Counted from the stretch's first letter, positions 19,423 to 29,871 are shown. The stretch is 64,000 nucleotides of DNA from Rhodospirillaceae bacterium (GCA_038140435.1 JAYQGE010000005.1:2250-66249); one strand, 5' to 3'. Made by a program: numbers and translations. Notes: a model not told the origin generated them from the letters alone.

Positions 19423-20480
19423 GCGGCCTCTGCGCGCAGCTCGTGGAGCAGCCAGACCACGAGCGTGAACAGCAGGACCGCACCGGCCTGGTGCGTGGCG
19501 GCCGCGTGCACCGGGACGACCAGCAGCAGCGTCGTGATGCCGAGCGCCACCTGCAGCACTGCCATCGCGAGCAGGCCGTTCGCCACCCGACGCGCGCGCG
19601 GCGTGAGCGCCAGCCAGCGGCTCTGCCACCATAGTGCCGTCACGCCGATGAGGCTCGCGGTCGCCAGCAGCCGGTGGTGGAACTGCACGGTGCCGTGGTC
19701 CTCGAAGGCCGCCGCGGCCGTGGCGAAGTAGCCGGGCGGCAGGACCCCACCGTCCATGAGCGGGAACGTGTTGTAGATGAGGCCGGCGTCGATGCCGGCG
19801 ACGAAGGCCCCGGACAGGACGGTCAACGACACGAGCGCGAGGACCGCGATCGCAATCCGCCGGACACGCGCCGCGATTCGGTCTGCCGCGACGGCGGTTA
19901 CGGGGAGGGCGAGGGACAGGCCCGTCCAGACGAGCGCGCCATAGATGAGGAAGGCGAGGGACAGGTGCGCGGCCAGCCGGTACTGGCTCACCTCGGGCAC
20001 ATCGACCAGTCCGCTTTGCACCATGTACCAGCCGAGCACGCCCTGAGCGCCGCCTAGCACGAACAGGCCGACCAGCCGCGGCACCAGGCTCCTGCGAACG
20101 CGCCCGCGAATCAGGAACCAGGCGAACGGAACGGCGAAGACGAGGCCGATCAGGCGGCCCCAGGCCCGGTGGATATATTCCCACCAGAAGATCGTCCGGA
20201 ATTCCGCCAGCGTCATGCCGGCATTGACCTCGAGATATTGCGGGCTCGTCCGGTAGAGCTCGAAGGCTTCCGTCCACGCGGCCGCGCCGAGCGGCGGGAG
20301 GAAACCCGTGACCGGGCGCCAATAGACGATCGAGAGCCCGGATTCGGTCAGCCGGGTGATGCCGCCGATAACGACCATGGCGAGGACCATGGCGGCGCAC
20401 ACGAGCAGCCAGTATCCGATCGCGCGGTCGTTCGCGCGCTGGCGCGCATCCATCGGCTCGGGGCGGGTCGTTGCGGTCAT
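19419..20480 (-). CDS. ctaA: Heme A synthase (COX15/CtaA)
   Basis: GGITRLTESGLSI, WWEYIHR, VSQYRLAAH, QFHHR, THQ. Confidence 0.95.
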   Translation of the reverse strand: MTATTRPEPMDARQRANDRAIGYWLLVCAAMVLAMVVIGGITRLTESGLSIVYWRPVTGFLPPLGAAAWTEAFELYRTSPQYLEVNAGMTLAEFRTIFWWEYIHRAWGRLIGLVFAVPFAWFLIRGRVRRSLVPRLVGLFVLGGAQGVLGWYMVQSGLVDVPEVSQYRLAAHLSLAFLIYGALVWTGLSLALPVTAVAADRIAARVRRIAIAVLALVSLTVLSGAFVAGIDAGLIYNTFPLMDGGVLPPGYFATAAAAFEDHGTVQFHHRLLATASLIGVTALWWQSRWLALTPRARRVANGLLAMAVLQVALGITTLLLVVPVHAAATHQAGAVLLFTLVVWLLHELRAEAA

Positions 20481-20617
20481 GATCTTACGCGGATGTCCAT
20501 CGCTGGACAGAAATCTGTGTCCTCACGAAAAGCGGGGCAAGCGGCCGCGCCCATCGGTCGCAGGTCCGTGCGTCCGGTTCGAAGTCGTCGGAGGGCGGGC
20601 GGCCCGCCCGGCCAGAC

Positions 20618-21643
20618 TTACTCGACGGTCCAGGTCTGGCCGCGCTGCAGGAGGCGGTTCAGGTCGGCCGAACCGCCGTCCTTCGACGCCTGCTCGATCT
20701 GCGCGTGTACCGCGGCCTCGTAGGTCGGCGCCGGTTCGGCATAGAGAACACCGAGCGCGACCGGGAACTCCGGCGGGTCCATCTGGGCCAGCATCGTCGC
20801 GAGGCCGCGGTTGGTCTCGTCGTGGATTGCTATGTCGTCTTCCGTGACCCCATTCTCGCCCAGGGTGACAACCTCGAGCCGCATCTCTTCCTTGTTCAGG
20901 ACCAGGCCCTTCTGCTTGTCCTTGCCGAAGAGCAGCGGCTGCCCGTGTTCGACATGAATCTGCATCTCATCCTGGACGCTCTTCTCGGTGAAGTGCTTGA
21001 AGGCACCGTCGTTGTAGACGATGCAGTTCTGGAAGATCTCGACGAACGAGGCACCCTTGTGGTTGTAGGCGCGCTTGAGGACCTCGGGCAGATGCTTCTG
21101 CAGGATGTCCGACGAGCGGGCGATGAACGTGCCGCCGACGCCGAGCGCGAACTGGGCTGCCGAGACCGGGTTGTCGATGGACCCGAGCGGCGTCGAGGGC
21201 GACCGGGTGCCGATCTTCGACGTCGGGGAATACTGGCCCTTGGTCAGGCCGTAGATCTGGTTGTTGAACAGCAGGATCTGCAGGTCGATGTTGCGGCGGA
21301 TCGCGTGCATCGTGTGATTGCCGCCGATCGACAGCATGTCGCCGTCACCGCCGACGACCCACACGTCGAGTTCCGGGTTCGCGAGCTTCACGCCCGATGC
21401 CACCGCCGGCGAACGGCCATGGATCGTATGGAAGCCGTAGGTCTCCATGTAATACGGGAAGCGCGCGGCGCAGCCGATACCGGACACGAAGACGGTGTTT
21501 TTCGGGTCCGCCTCGAGCTGCGCGAGCGTGTTCTGGACACCCTTGAGAATCGCGTAGTCACCGCAGCCGGGGCACCAGCGCACCTCCTGGTCGGTCGCGA
21601 AATCGCGGGCGGTGAGTTTTTCCGGGGGGCTTTGGACGTTCAT
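20618..21643 (-). CDS. korB: 2-oxoacid:ferredoxin oxidoreductase beta subunit
   Basis: WCPGCGD, SGIGC, HTIHGR, GGDGD...NN TPP-binding motif. Confidence 0.9.
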   Translation of the reverse strand: MNVQSPPEKLTARDFATDQEVRWCPGCGDYAILKGVQNTLAQLEADPKNTVFVSGIGCAARFPYYMETYGFHTIHGRSPAVASGVKLANPELDVWVVGGDGDMLSIGGNHTMHAIRRNIDLQILLFNNQIYGLTKGQYSPTSKIGTRSPSTPLGSIDNPVSAAQFALGVGGTFIARSSDILQKHLPEVLKRAYNHKGASFVEIFQNCIVYNDGAFKHFTEKSVQDEMQIHVEHGQPLLFGKDKQKGLVLNKEEMRLEVVTLGENGVTEDDIAIHDETNRGLATMLAQMDPPEFPVALGVLYAEPAPTYEAAVHAQIEQASKDGGSADLNRLLQRGQTWTVE

Positions 21644-21644
21644 T

Positions 21645-23513
21645 CTACTTCTCCAGCCGGGCGCGGATCGCGTCTTCAAGCTCGCCAATCAGGAACGGCT
21701 TGCCGTTGACTTTGTTGAGCCCTTCAGCGGGCAGCAGGTACTGGTCGCGCAGCAGGGTGCGCAACTGGCCGTTGTTCATCTCCGGCACCAGGATCTGGTC
21801 GAAGCTGCCGAGGAGCTCTTCCAGGTTGCGCGGCAGCGGCCAGATGTAGCGCAGATGGACCTGCGATACGTCCAGGCCCTCGTCGCGCATGTTGTTGACC
21901 GCGCGGTTGATCGGCCCGTAGGTCGAACCCCATCCGACCACCACGAGCTTGCCGCCGGCCTCGCCGAGATCGACCTGCTGTTCGGGGATGTCGTTGGCAA
22001 TGCCGAGGACCTTCGCCGCGCGGACGTCGGTCATCTTCTGATGGTTTTCCGGGTCGTAGGAGATATGGCCGCTGTCGTAGGAGCGCTCGATGCCGCCGAT
22101 GCGATGCATCAAGTCCGGCGTTCCCGGCTTCACCCACGGGCGCGCGAGCGTCTCGTCGTCGCGCATGAAGGGCTGGAAGTTTTGCGGGTCCGTGCGGAAG
22201 GTCACGTCGAACCGCTCGGCGTCTTCCGCGTTGGGAATGCGCCATGGCTCCGATGCGTTGGTGATGTATCCGTCCGTGAGGACCATGACCGGCGTCATGA
22301 ACTTGGTGGCGATCCGGACCGCCTCGATGGCGACCTCGTAGCCGTCGGACGGGGTCGAGACCGAGATGACCGGCATCGGCGCATCGCCGTTGCGGCCATA
22401 GACGGCCTGGTAAAGGTCCGACTGCTCGGTCTTGGTCGGCATGCCGGTCGACGGACCCGCGCGCTGCGAGTTGATCACGACCAGCGGCAGCTCGGTCGCG
22501 ATCGCGAGGCCGATGGCCTCCATCTTGAGCGCGATGCCCGGGCCGGAGCTCGAGGTGATGCCCAGTGAACCGGCATAGGATGCGCCGATCGCGGCTGCGG
22601 CGGCGGCGATTTCGTCTTCCGCCTGGAAGGTGACGACGCCGAACTCCTTCATCCGCGCGAGTTGGTGCAGCAGCGAGGAGGCGGGCGTGATCGGGTAGGA
22701 GCAGAACGCGATCTTCAGATCGGCGAGCAGGGAGCCGGCCAGCAGGCCGAGCGAGACCGATTCCGCGCCGGTGATGGTGCGGTACAGCCCGGGCTCGATC
22801 TTGGCGGGCTCGACGTCGAAGTTCCCGAGCTCGGCGGGCATCTCGGCCGTCTCGCCGAAGGCGTGACCGGCGTTCAGGGCGGCGATGTTCGCCTTGGCGA
22901 TGTCCGGGTTCTTCGCGAACTTCGCCTCCAGCCAGTCGACCGATGCCTGGCGCTTGCGGCCGTACATCCAGTAGACAAGCCCCAGCGCCCACATGTTCTT
23001 CGAGCGCAGCGCTTCCTTGTTCGAGAGGCCGAACTCCTTGACCGCCTCGACCGTGAGCCGGGACATGTCGATCTTGACCAGCCGGTAGTTCTCCAGGCTG
23101 TTGTTCTCGAGCGGGTTCTCGTCGTATCCGGCCTTGGCCAGGTTGCGGTCCGTGAACGCACCCGAGTCCGCGATGACAATGCCGTTCGGCTTGACGTCCT
23201 CGAGGTTCGTGACGAGCGCGGCGGGGTTCATCGCGATCAGCACGTCGAGCTTGTCGCCCGAGGTCATGATCTTGCGGGCGCCGAAGTTGATCTGGAACGC
23301 CGAGACGCCGAAGGTCGTGCCGGCGGGCGCGCGGATTTCGGCGGGGAAGTCCGGGAAGGTGGCCAGGTCGTTGCCGGCGATCGCCGCCGTCATGGTGAAC
23401 TGGCTGCCGGTCAGCTGCATGCCGTCACCGGAGTCGCCGGCGAACCTCACGACCGCGGATTCAATTTCCTGGCGGTCTTCTTCCGGCCGATCTATGGCCG
23501 CTGCTTCAGACAT
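21645..23513 (-). CDS. korA: 2-oxoacid:acceptor oxidoreductase alpha subunit (gamma-alpha fusion)
   Basis: FAGDSGDGMQ, YPITP, QAEDEI, SSGPG, QRAGPSTGMPT. Confidence 0.9.
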   Translation of the reverse strand: MSEAAAIDRPEEDRQEIESAVVRFAGDSGDGMQLTGSQFTMTAAIAGNDLATFPDFPAEIRAPAGTTFGVSAFQINFGARKIMTSGDKLDVLIAMNPAALVTNLEDVKPNGIVIADSGAFTDRNLAKAGYDENPLENNSLENYRLVKIDMSRLTVEAVKEFGLSNKEALRSKNMWALGLVYWMYGRKRQASVDWLEAKFAKNPDIAKANIAALNAGHAFGETAEMPAELGNFDVEPAKIEPGLYRTITGAESVSLGLLAGSLLADLKIAFCSYPITPASSLLHQLARMKEFGVVTFQAEDEIAAAAAAIGASYAGSLGITSSSGPGIALKMEAIGLAIATELPLVVINSQRAGPSTGMPTKTEQSDLYQAVYGRNGDAPMPVISVSTPSDGYEVAIEAVRIATKFMTPVMVLTDGYITNASEPWRIPNAEDAERFDVTFRTDPQNFQPFMRDDETLARPWVKPGTPDLMHRIGGIERSYDSGHISYDPENHQKMTDVRAAKVLGIANDIPEQQVDLGEAGGKLVVVGWGSTYGPINRAVNNMRDEGLDVSQVHLRYIWPLPRNLEELLGSFDQILVPEMNNGQLRTLLRDQYLLPAEGLNKVNGKPFLIGELEDAIRARLEK

Positions 23514-23686
23514 CGGGTATTTCCTTCCCTAATTCGACCGCTCGTACGGCCTGTCGTTCCGCTGCAAAGTCGAAAATTTTTCAGGATGTGCACAAGGCGT
23601 GTTGCGCGGCGCTACATTCATCCGGCTGCCGGTCCGTTTCAAGCACAAATTGGCGTCCCGCCAGCCGAGCTAAGGTGTTTTGCCGG

Positions 23687-24988
23687 TCAGTCAAGAGCCG
23701 CCAGCATGCTGTCGATCGTGACGAACTTGCGGCGCGGCGCGCCGGGCTTCGCCGCCGCCACTTCCGCCGCGTCGATCGTCTGCCAGTCCTGGTAGCGCAG
23801 ATGGCGCACCGAACGATCGTCCAGCAGCGCCTCGAGCGCCTCGCGGCCGGGCTTCGTGCCGTCCGCGATGTCCTCGACGATCTGCGTCGCGGCGATGTCG
23901 CCGTCGGGCTTGTTCGTCCCGATCACGCCGGTGGGGCCGCGCTTGATCCAGCCGACGGCATAGATGCCGTCGCCCACCCGGCCCTCGTCATGCACGACGA
24001 TGCCGTTGTCGGCGTCGAACGGCACGCCGGGGAAGGGGTCGGAGAAGTAACCGATCGCCGGGATCACGAGCCCGCATTCGATCTCGAAGAACTCGCCCGT
24101 GCCGACCGAGCGGCCGTCCTCGACGCGGGTGTGCTCCATCCGGATGCCCTCGACCTTGTCGCCGCCGAGAATCTCGACCGGCTTGGCGAAGAAGGTGAAG
24201 TGGACACGCTTGGACTTGCCGGCGGGATCGACGTCGGGGAATTCCTTCATCGTCGCCAGGTTGCGTTCCTTCAGGCGCAGGTCGCGGTCCGACCAGTCGC
24301 CCGTCACCTCGTCGGGAAGCTGGGCAGGGTCGATGACCGGCTGGCAGTCCTCGAGCTTGCCCATCTCGCGCAGTTCGACATTGGTGAACTTCGCCTCGAT
24401 GGGACCGCGGCGGCCGACCATGTAGACATCCGTGATCGGCGAGGCCGCGATGGCGTCGGCCGCGTGATCGGCGATGTCCGTCTCGGTCATCTCCTTCGGC
24501 GTCTTCACGAGTACGCGCGCGGTATCGACCGCCACGTTGCCCTGGCCGATGACGACCACCGTGTTCGTGTTGAGATCGGGTGCGAGGTCCGTGAAGTCCG
24601 GGTGTCCGTTGTACCAGCCGACGAAGTCCGCCGAGCCGAAGACGCCCGTCTTGTCCTCGCCGGGGATGCCGAGCTTGCGGTCGCGCGGCGCGCCGACGGC
24701 GAGCACGATCGCGTCGTACATCTCCTGCAACTCGGCGATGGTGACGTCGCGCCCGACCTCGACGTTTCCGAAGTAGCCGACGCCGTCGGTCAGGGCGGTC
24801 TTCTCGTAGACGCGCGCGACCTTCTTCGTCGTCTGATGGTCCGGCGCCACGCCGCCCCGGATCAGCCCGAATGGCGTGGGCAGGCGTTCGATGATGTCGA
24901 CGCGGATGTCCTTGTCGGCCTTCAGCAGGGCATCGACCGTATAGAATCCGCTCGGTCCCGCGCCGATAACGGCAACATTGATTGTCAT
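23687..24988 (-). CDS. Ferredoxin--NADP+ reductase, FprA/adrenodoxin reductase type
   Basis: IGAGPSGFY, PFGLIRGGVAPDH, WYNGHP, GQGNVAVD, GWIKRGPTGVIGTN. Confidence 0.9.
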   Translation of the reverse strand: MTINVAVIGAGPSGFYTVDALLKADKDIRVDIIERLPTPFGLIRGGVAPDHQTTKKVARVYEKTALTDGVGYFGNVEVGRDVTIAELQEMYDAIVLAVGAPRDRKLGIPGEDKTGVFGSADFVGWYNGHPDFTDLAPDLNTNTVVVIGQGNVAVDTARVLVKTPKEMTETDIADHAADAIAASPITDVYMVGRRGPIEAKFTNVELREMGKLEDCQPVIDPAQLPDEVTGDWSDRDLRLKERNLATMKEFPDVDPAGKSKRVHFTFFAKPVEILGGDKVEGIRMEHTRVEDGRSVGTGEFFEIECGLVIPAIGYFSDPFPGVPFDADNGIVVHDEGRVGDGIYAVGWIKRGPTGVIGTNKPDGDIAATQIVEDIADGTKPGREALEALLDDRSVRHLRYQDWQTIDAAEVAAAKPGAPRRKFVTIDSMLAALD

Positions 24989-25238
24989 GATTCCTCCCTA
25001 GAACCCGGCTGGACTATATCCAAACCGGTTCCCCTCTGCCATCCCGTCCAATGGCCCATCACGCATGGTATCCCGGCGTGCGATTCGCGGCGGTGGCCCA
25101 AGAGGGACGATTGGCGTTGGACCTTTGGCTCAATTTGAGTATATGGTCTGCCCGATGTCCCGTATCGAGCGGGACGCGGGAACGGAAGAACGCGGGCAAC
25201 GCGTCCCACTCGAACGAGTTTGCCAAGGAGACCGCGTC

Positions 25239-26459
25239 ATGCAGCGCATGCGCTTTCGCAACCACCTGGCCGCCGCGGCGGCGGGCCTGATCGCCCTGAC
25301 ATCGGCATCGGTCGCCGGTGCGCAGCAGGATCCCATCCGGATCGGTGAGATCAACAGTTACACCGGCCCGCTGGCGTCGTTCACGGTGCCATACCGGAAC
25401 GGCTGGCAGCTCGCGGTCGAGGAGGTCAACGCGAGGGGCGGCGTGCTCGGGCGCTCGCTCGAAGTGATCTCGCGCGACGACGGTGCGAAGCCAGCCGACG
25501 CTGTCAAGTTCGCCGAGGAGCTGGTGCGGCGCGAGAAGGTGGACCTCCTCGCCGGCACCTTCCTGTCGCATATCGGACTCGCGGTCGCCGACTTCGCAAA
25601 GCGCAGCAAGGTCCTGTTCGTGGCCTCCGAGCCGCTGTCGGACGCGATCGTCTGGGCCAAGGGCAACGACTATACGTTCCGCCTCCGGCCCTCGACCTAC
25701 ATGCAGGCGGCGATGCTGGCCGAGGAGGCGGCGAAACTGCCGGCCAGGCGCTGGGCGACCGTCGCGCCGAACTATGAATATGGCCAGTCGGCGGTGAAGG
25801 CGTTCCAGGATGTGCTCAAGGCACTGCGCCCCGACGTGGAGTTCGTCGAGCAGCAGTGGCCGGCCCTGTTCAAGCTCGACGCGGGCGCGACGGTGCAGGC
25901 GCTCGCCCAGGCAAAGCCCGACGCCATCTACAACGTCACCTTCTCCATCGACCTGGCGAAGTTCGTGCGCGAGGGCCAGCTGCGCGGGCTGTTCAAGGAT
26001 CGCGACGTGGTCAGCCTGCTCACGGGCGAGCCCGAGTATCTCGACCCGCTGAAGGGTGAGGCGCCGGAGGGCTGGATCGTCACCGGCTATCCCTGGCAGG
26101 GGATCGACGACCCCGCCCACAAGGCATTTCTCGACGCCTACACCAAGCGCTTCGACGACTATCCGCGGGCGGGCTCGATCGTCGGCTACAACACGATCCT
26201 GACCATCGCGGCCATGCTGGAGAAGGCGGGCTCGACCGACACCGACGCGATGGTGGCGGCGATGAAGAACCTTGAGCTCGACACACCATTCGGCGCGATC
26301 ACCTACCGCGCGCTCGACCACCAGTCGACGATGGGCGCCTATGTGGGCCGCACGGCAAAGGTTGACGGGAAGGGCGTCATGGTGGATTTCCGCTATGCGG
26401 ATGGCGCCGACTATCTGCCCGACGACGCGACGGTCCGGAAGCTCCGGCCCGCCAACTAG
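25239..26459 (+). CDS. ABC transporter substrate-binding protein (Liv/HAAT family)
   Basis: Signal peptide; IRIGEINSY, NARGGVLGR; AAGGAG RBS. Confidence 0.9.
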   Translation: MQRMRFRNHLAAAAAGLIALTSASVAGAQQDPIRIGEINSYTGPLASFTVPYRNGWQLAVEEVNARGGVLGRSLEVISRDDGAKPADAVKFAEELVRREKVDLLAGTFLSHIGLAVADFAKRSKVLFVASEPLSDAIVWAKGNDYTFRLRPSTYMQAAMLAEEAAKLPARRWATVAPNYEYGQSAVKAFQDVLKALRPDVEFVEQQWPALFKLDAGATVQALAQAKPDAIYNVTFSIDLAKFVREGQLRGLFKDRDVVSLLTGEPEYLDPLKGEAPEGWIVTGYPWQGIDDPAHKAFLDAYTKRFDDYPRAGSIVGYNTILTIAAMLEKAGSTDTDAMVAAMKNLELDTPFGAITYRALDHQSTMGAYVGRTAKVDGKGVMVDFRYADGADYLPDDATVRKLRPAN

Positions 26460-26525
26460 CGTCTCCGGATATCCCGCGCGACCTGGCGGGCGGCGCCGGG
26501 CCTGGCCGCGGCGTCGGAGGGTAGA

Positions 26526-28361
26526 TTGAGTTTCATTGTCGTCCAGGCGATCACGGGGCTGGCCAGCGCCGCATCGCTGTTCCTGATCGCGGTCGGCCTG
26601 TCCATCGTGTTCGGCGTGACGCGGGTGGTGAACTTCGCCCACGGCTCGCTCTACATGCTGGGTGCCTACCTGGCCTACAGCCTCTCGACGGCCATCGGTG
26701 ACAGCTTCCTCGGGTATCTCGCGGCGATGCTCGCCGCCGCGATCATCGTCGGCGGGCTCGGTGCCGTCATGGAAACCGGGCTCCTCCGGCGCATCTATCG
26801 CGCGCCGGAACTCTTCCAGCTGCTGGCGACGTTCGGCGTCGTCCTGATCGTGCAGGACCTCACGCGGCTCCTCTGGGGGGTGGACGACCTGTTCGCCGCC
26901 CGAATGCCCGGGCTCGACGGATCGGTCATGCTGCTGGGGCATGCGGTGCCCGCCTACGACTTCTTCCTGATCGCGGTCGCGTTCCTGGTCCTCGGCGGCC
27001 TCTGGCTGACATTTCATCGCACGCGCTTCGGCGTGCTGGTGCGCGCGGCGACCGAGGACCGCGAGATGGTCGCGGCGCTCGGGATCGATCAGCGCTGGCT
27101 GTTCACCGGCGCGTTCGTTCTGGGGGCGACGCTCGCCGGGCTCGGCGGCGCGCTGCAGATTCCCCGTCAGGCGGCGAGCCTGTCGATGGACCTGAACATC
27201 ATCGTCGATGCATTCGTCGTCGTGGTCATCGGCGGCATGGGCTCGATCATTGGTGCGTTCGTCGCGGCGGTGCTGATCAGCGAGCTGCTCGCCTTCGGGG
27301 TCGTGATCTTCCCCGAGATCACGCTGGTGCTGATCTTCCTCGTGATGGCGGTCACCCTCGTGCTCAAGCCGAGCGGGTTGTTCGGCCGCCCGGAATTCAC
27401 GACCGCGGAGGACCGGCGCAACCCGGACCCGCCGTTGCGTACGGGCGGGCTCGGCCGCGTCTTCTGGTGGGGCATTGCGGCTGTCGGGATCGTCGTGCCC
27501 ATGCTGGCGGGCGAGTTCACCGTCGTCGTCCTGACCGAGATCGTGATCCTGGCCCTGTTCGCCGTGAGCCTGCACTTCCTCATCTCGGGCGGCGGGCTGA
27601 TAAGCTTCGGACATGCCGCCTATTTCGGGCTCGGTGCCTACGGGTCCGGGCTCGCGGTCTTCCATCTCTCGCTCGGAATGGCGCCCGCGCTGCTGCTCGC
27701 CCCGGTGGCCGGGGCCGCTGGCGCGATCCTCTTCGGGTGGTTCTGCGTGCGCCTGTCGGGCATCTACATGGCGATGCTGACGCTCGCATTCGCCCAGATC
27801 GCCTGGTCGGCGGCCTTCCAGTGGATCGGTTTCACCGGCGGCGACAACGGCATCCTCGGGGTCTGGCCCAGCGAATGGGCAGCCGATCCGCTGGCCTTCT
27901 ACTATCTCGCGTTCATCGTGTGCGCGGCGGTGATCTGGGGGCTGCGTCACGCGGTCTTCAGCCCCTTCGGATACACCCTTCGCGCGACACGGGACTCGTC
28001 GCTGCGCGCTGCATCCATTGGCATCGACGTGACCCGGCATCGCTGGCTCGCATTCACGCTTGCCGGCGCGGCCGCGGGTGTCGCCGGCGGCTTCTTCGCC
28101 TTCGCCAAGGGAAGCGTGTTTCCCGAGGTGCTGTTCGTCTCCACCTCGGTGGACGGGCTGGTGATGGTCCTGCTTGGCGGGATGCAGGCGCTCGCCGGGC
28201 CGGTCCTGGGCGCGATCGCGTTTACCGGGATCGAGACCGAGCTGACGCGGCTGACCGAGCTTTGGCAGCTTGCGCTGGGTCTCCTGATCGTCTTGCTGGT
28301 GGTCGTCCTGCCGAACGGGCTGGCCGGCCTGTCGGCGCTGCTGCGCCGGGGGACGCCATGA
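26526..28361 (+). CDS. Fused LivH-LivM ABC permease
   Basis: GLSIVFGVTRVVNFAHG (LivH half), then GLISFGHAAYFGLGAY and TGGDNG (LivM half); TTG start after GGAGG. Confidence 0.9.
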   Translation: MSFIVVQAITGLASAASLFLIAVGLSIVFGVTRVVNFAHGSLYMLGAYLAYSLSTAIGDSFLGYLAAMLAAAIIVGGLGAVMETGLLRRIYRAPELFQLLATFGVVLIVQDLTRLLWGVDDLFAARMPGLDGSVMLLGHAVPAYDFFLIAVAFLVLGGLWLTFHRTRFGVLVRAATEDREMVAALGIDQRWLFTGAFVLGATLAGLGGALQIPRQAASLSMDLNIIVDAFVVVVIGGMGSIIGAFVAAVLISELLAFGVVIFPEITLVLIFLVMAVTLVLKPSGLFGRPEFTTAEDRRNPDPPLRTGGLGRVFWWGIAAVGIVVPMLAGEFTVVVLTEIVILALFAVSLHFLISGGGLISFGHAAYFGLGAYGSGLAVFHLSLGMAPALLLAPVAGAAGAILFGWFCVRLSGIYMAMLTLAFAQIAWSAAFQWIGFTGGDNGILGVWPSEWAADPLAFYYLAFIVCAAVIWGLRHAVFSPFGYTLRATRDSSLRAASIGIDVTRHRWLAFTLAGAAAGVAGGFFAFAKGSVFPEVLFVSTSVDGLVMVLLGGMQALAGPVLGAIAFTGIETELTRLTELWQLALGLLIVLLVVVLPNGLAGLSALLRRGTP

Positions 28362-29119
28362 GCGTCCTGGCGGTCGAGAACCTCTCCCGCGCATTTGGCG
28401 GGGTGCGGGCCGTCGACGGGGTGTCGTTCCAGGTCGCGTCCGCCGAGCGCGTCGCGCTGATCGGGCCGAACGGGGCGGGGAAGACGACCCTGTTCAACTG
28501 TATCAACGGCCAGCTCAAACCCGACGCGGGCCGCGTTCGGATCTCGGGGCACGATGCGACGGGGCGTCCGCCCCATCGGATCTGGCGTCTCGGCGTGGGA
28601 CGCACGTTCCAGATTACGGCCACCTTCGCGAGCATGACCGTGCGCGAGAATGTTCAGCTCGCGCTCGCGACGGCCGATGGAACCGCGACGGGTCTCGGCC
28701 GGCGGCTGGGACGCCGGTATCGCGACCAGGCCCGCGAACTCGTCGAGATGGTGGGGCTCGGTCCGCGCGCAGACGACTGGACGGTGGAGTTGCCCTATGG
28801 AGACCTGAAGCGGCTCGAGCTTGCCGTCGCGATGACGAACGCACCGTCCCTGCTGCTCATGGACGAGCCGACCGCCGGCATGGCCGCCGACGCGCGCGGC
28901 GGCATGATGGATCTGGTGGACATGATGGTGGCCGAGCGCGGCGTCGCGGTGCTGTTCACCGAACATGACATGGACGTGGTGTTCGGCCATGCGGACCGGG
29001 TGATCGTGCTCGACCGCGGCCGGGTCATCGCTGCGGGCCGCCCGGACGCCATCCGGGCGGACGCGACCGTACAGGCTGTCTATCTGGGTGATTTCGATGG
29101 CACGGAGGCGACGACATGA
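28358..29119 (+). CDS. ABC transporter ATPase (LivG-like)
   Basis: GPNGAGKTT, RTFQ, LMDEPTAG, EHDM; ATGA overlap with the permease. Confidence 0.9.
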   Translation: MSVLAVENLSRAFGGVRAVDGVSFQVASAERVALIGPNGAGKTTLFNCINGQLKPDAGRVRISGHDATGRPPHRIWRLGVGRTFQITATFASMTVRENVQLALATADGTATGLGRRLGRRYRDQARELVEMVGLGPRADDWTVELPYGDLKRLELAVAMTNAPSLLLMDEPTAGMAADARGGMMDLVDMMVAERGVAVLFTEHDMDVVFGHADRVIVLDRGRVIAAGRPDAIRADATVQAVYLGDFDGTEATT

Positions 29120-29829
29120 GCGGGTCCGCGCTGCGTCTTTCGGGGATAGAGGCCCACTACGGCGCCGCGCAGGCGCTGTTCGGTGTCGATCTCGAGGTCC
29201 CCGCCGGTTCGGTCACGGTCCTGCTCGGACGCAACGGGGCCGGGAAATCGACCACGCTCAAGGCCGCCATGGGACTGGTCGACATGCGTGCCGGCCGGGT
29301 CATGGTCGGCGAACGCGATGTGACGGGCGCGCCGGCATACGAGATCGCGCGGGCCGGGCTCGGTTATGTGCCGGAGACGCGCCGCGTGTTCGCGGGCCTG
29401 AGCGTGGACGAGAACCTCCTGGTGGGAACCCGCGCCGGCGATCGAACCGCGCCGGCCTGGACCCGGGAGCGCATCTTCGATCTGTTTCCGCCACTGGCCG
29501 ACATGCGCGAGCGCCTGGCGGGGCAGTTGTCGGGTGGCGAGCAGCAGATGCTGACGATAGCCCGCACGCTGATGGGAAACCCTGAAATCGTGTTGCTGGA
29601 CGAGCCGTCGGAGGGGCTCGCGCCCGTGATCGTGCAGCAGATCGCGGCGACGATCCGGACCCTGTCGGCCGAGGGCCTGACGGTGCTTCTGTCGGAGCAG
29701 AATGTGCGTTTCGCAACGCACGTGGCTAGCCGGGCCGCCGTCATCGAGCGGGGGCGTATCCTGTTGGAGGGCCCGATCGGCGAAATCGCCGCGGACGCGC
29801 GCGTGCGCGAGGCCTACCTCACCCCCTAG
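29116..29829 (+). CDS. ABC transporter ATPase (LivF-like)
   Basis: GRNGAGKST, LSGGEQQM, LDEPSEGLAP, SEQN. Confidence 0.9.
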   Translation: MSGSALRLSGIEAHYGAAQALFGVDLEVPAGSVTVLLGRNGAGKSTTLKAAMGLVDMRAGRVMVGERDVTGAPAYEIARAGLGYVPETRRVFAGLSVDENLLVGTRAGDRTAPAWTRERIFDLFPPLADMRERLAGQLSGGEQQMLTIARTLMGNPEIVLLDEPSEGLAPVIVQQIAATIRTLSAEGLTVLLSEQNVRFATHVASRAAVIERGRILLEGPIGEIAADARVREAYLTP

Positions 29830-29871
29830 ACCGGTTCCGGCCGGTCACCCTTGTCGTGGTGCCTCGATGCT

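Noticed and set aside
25059-28394. 1111-aa antisense ORF, and similar long shadow ORFs (611-2428, 3934-5910, 17365-19266, 30410-32455, 55678-57429)
   Set aside because: They lie opposite well-supported genes, have R/G/A-rich nonsense composition and are expected from high GC3 codon bias
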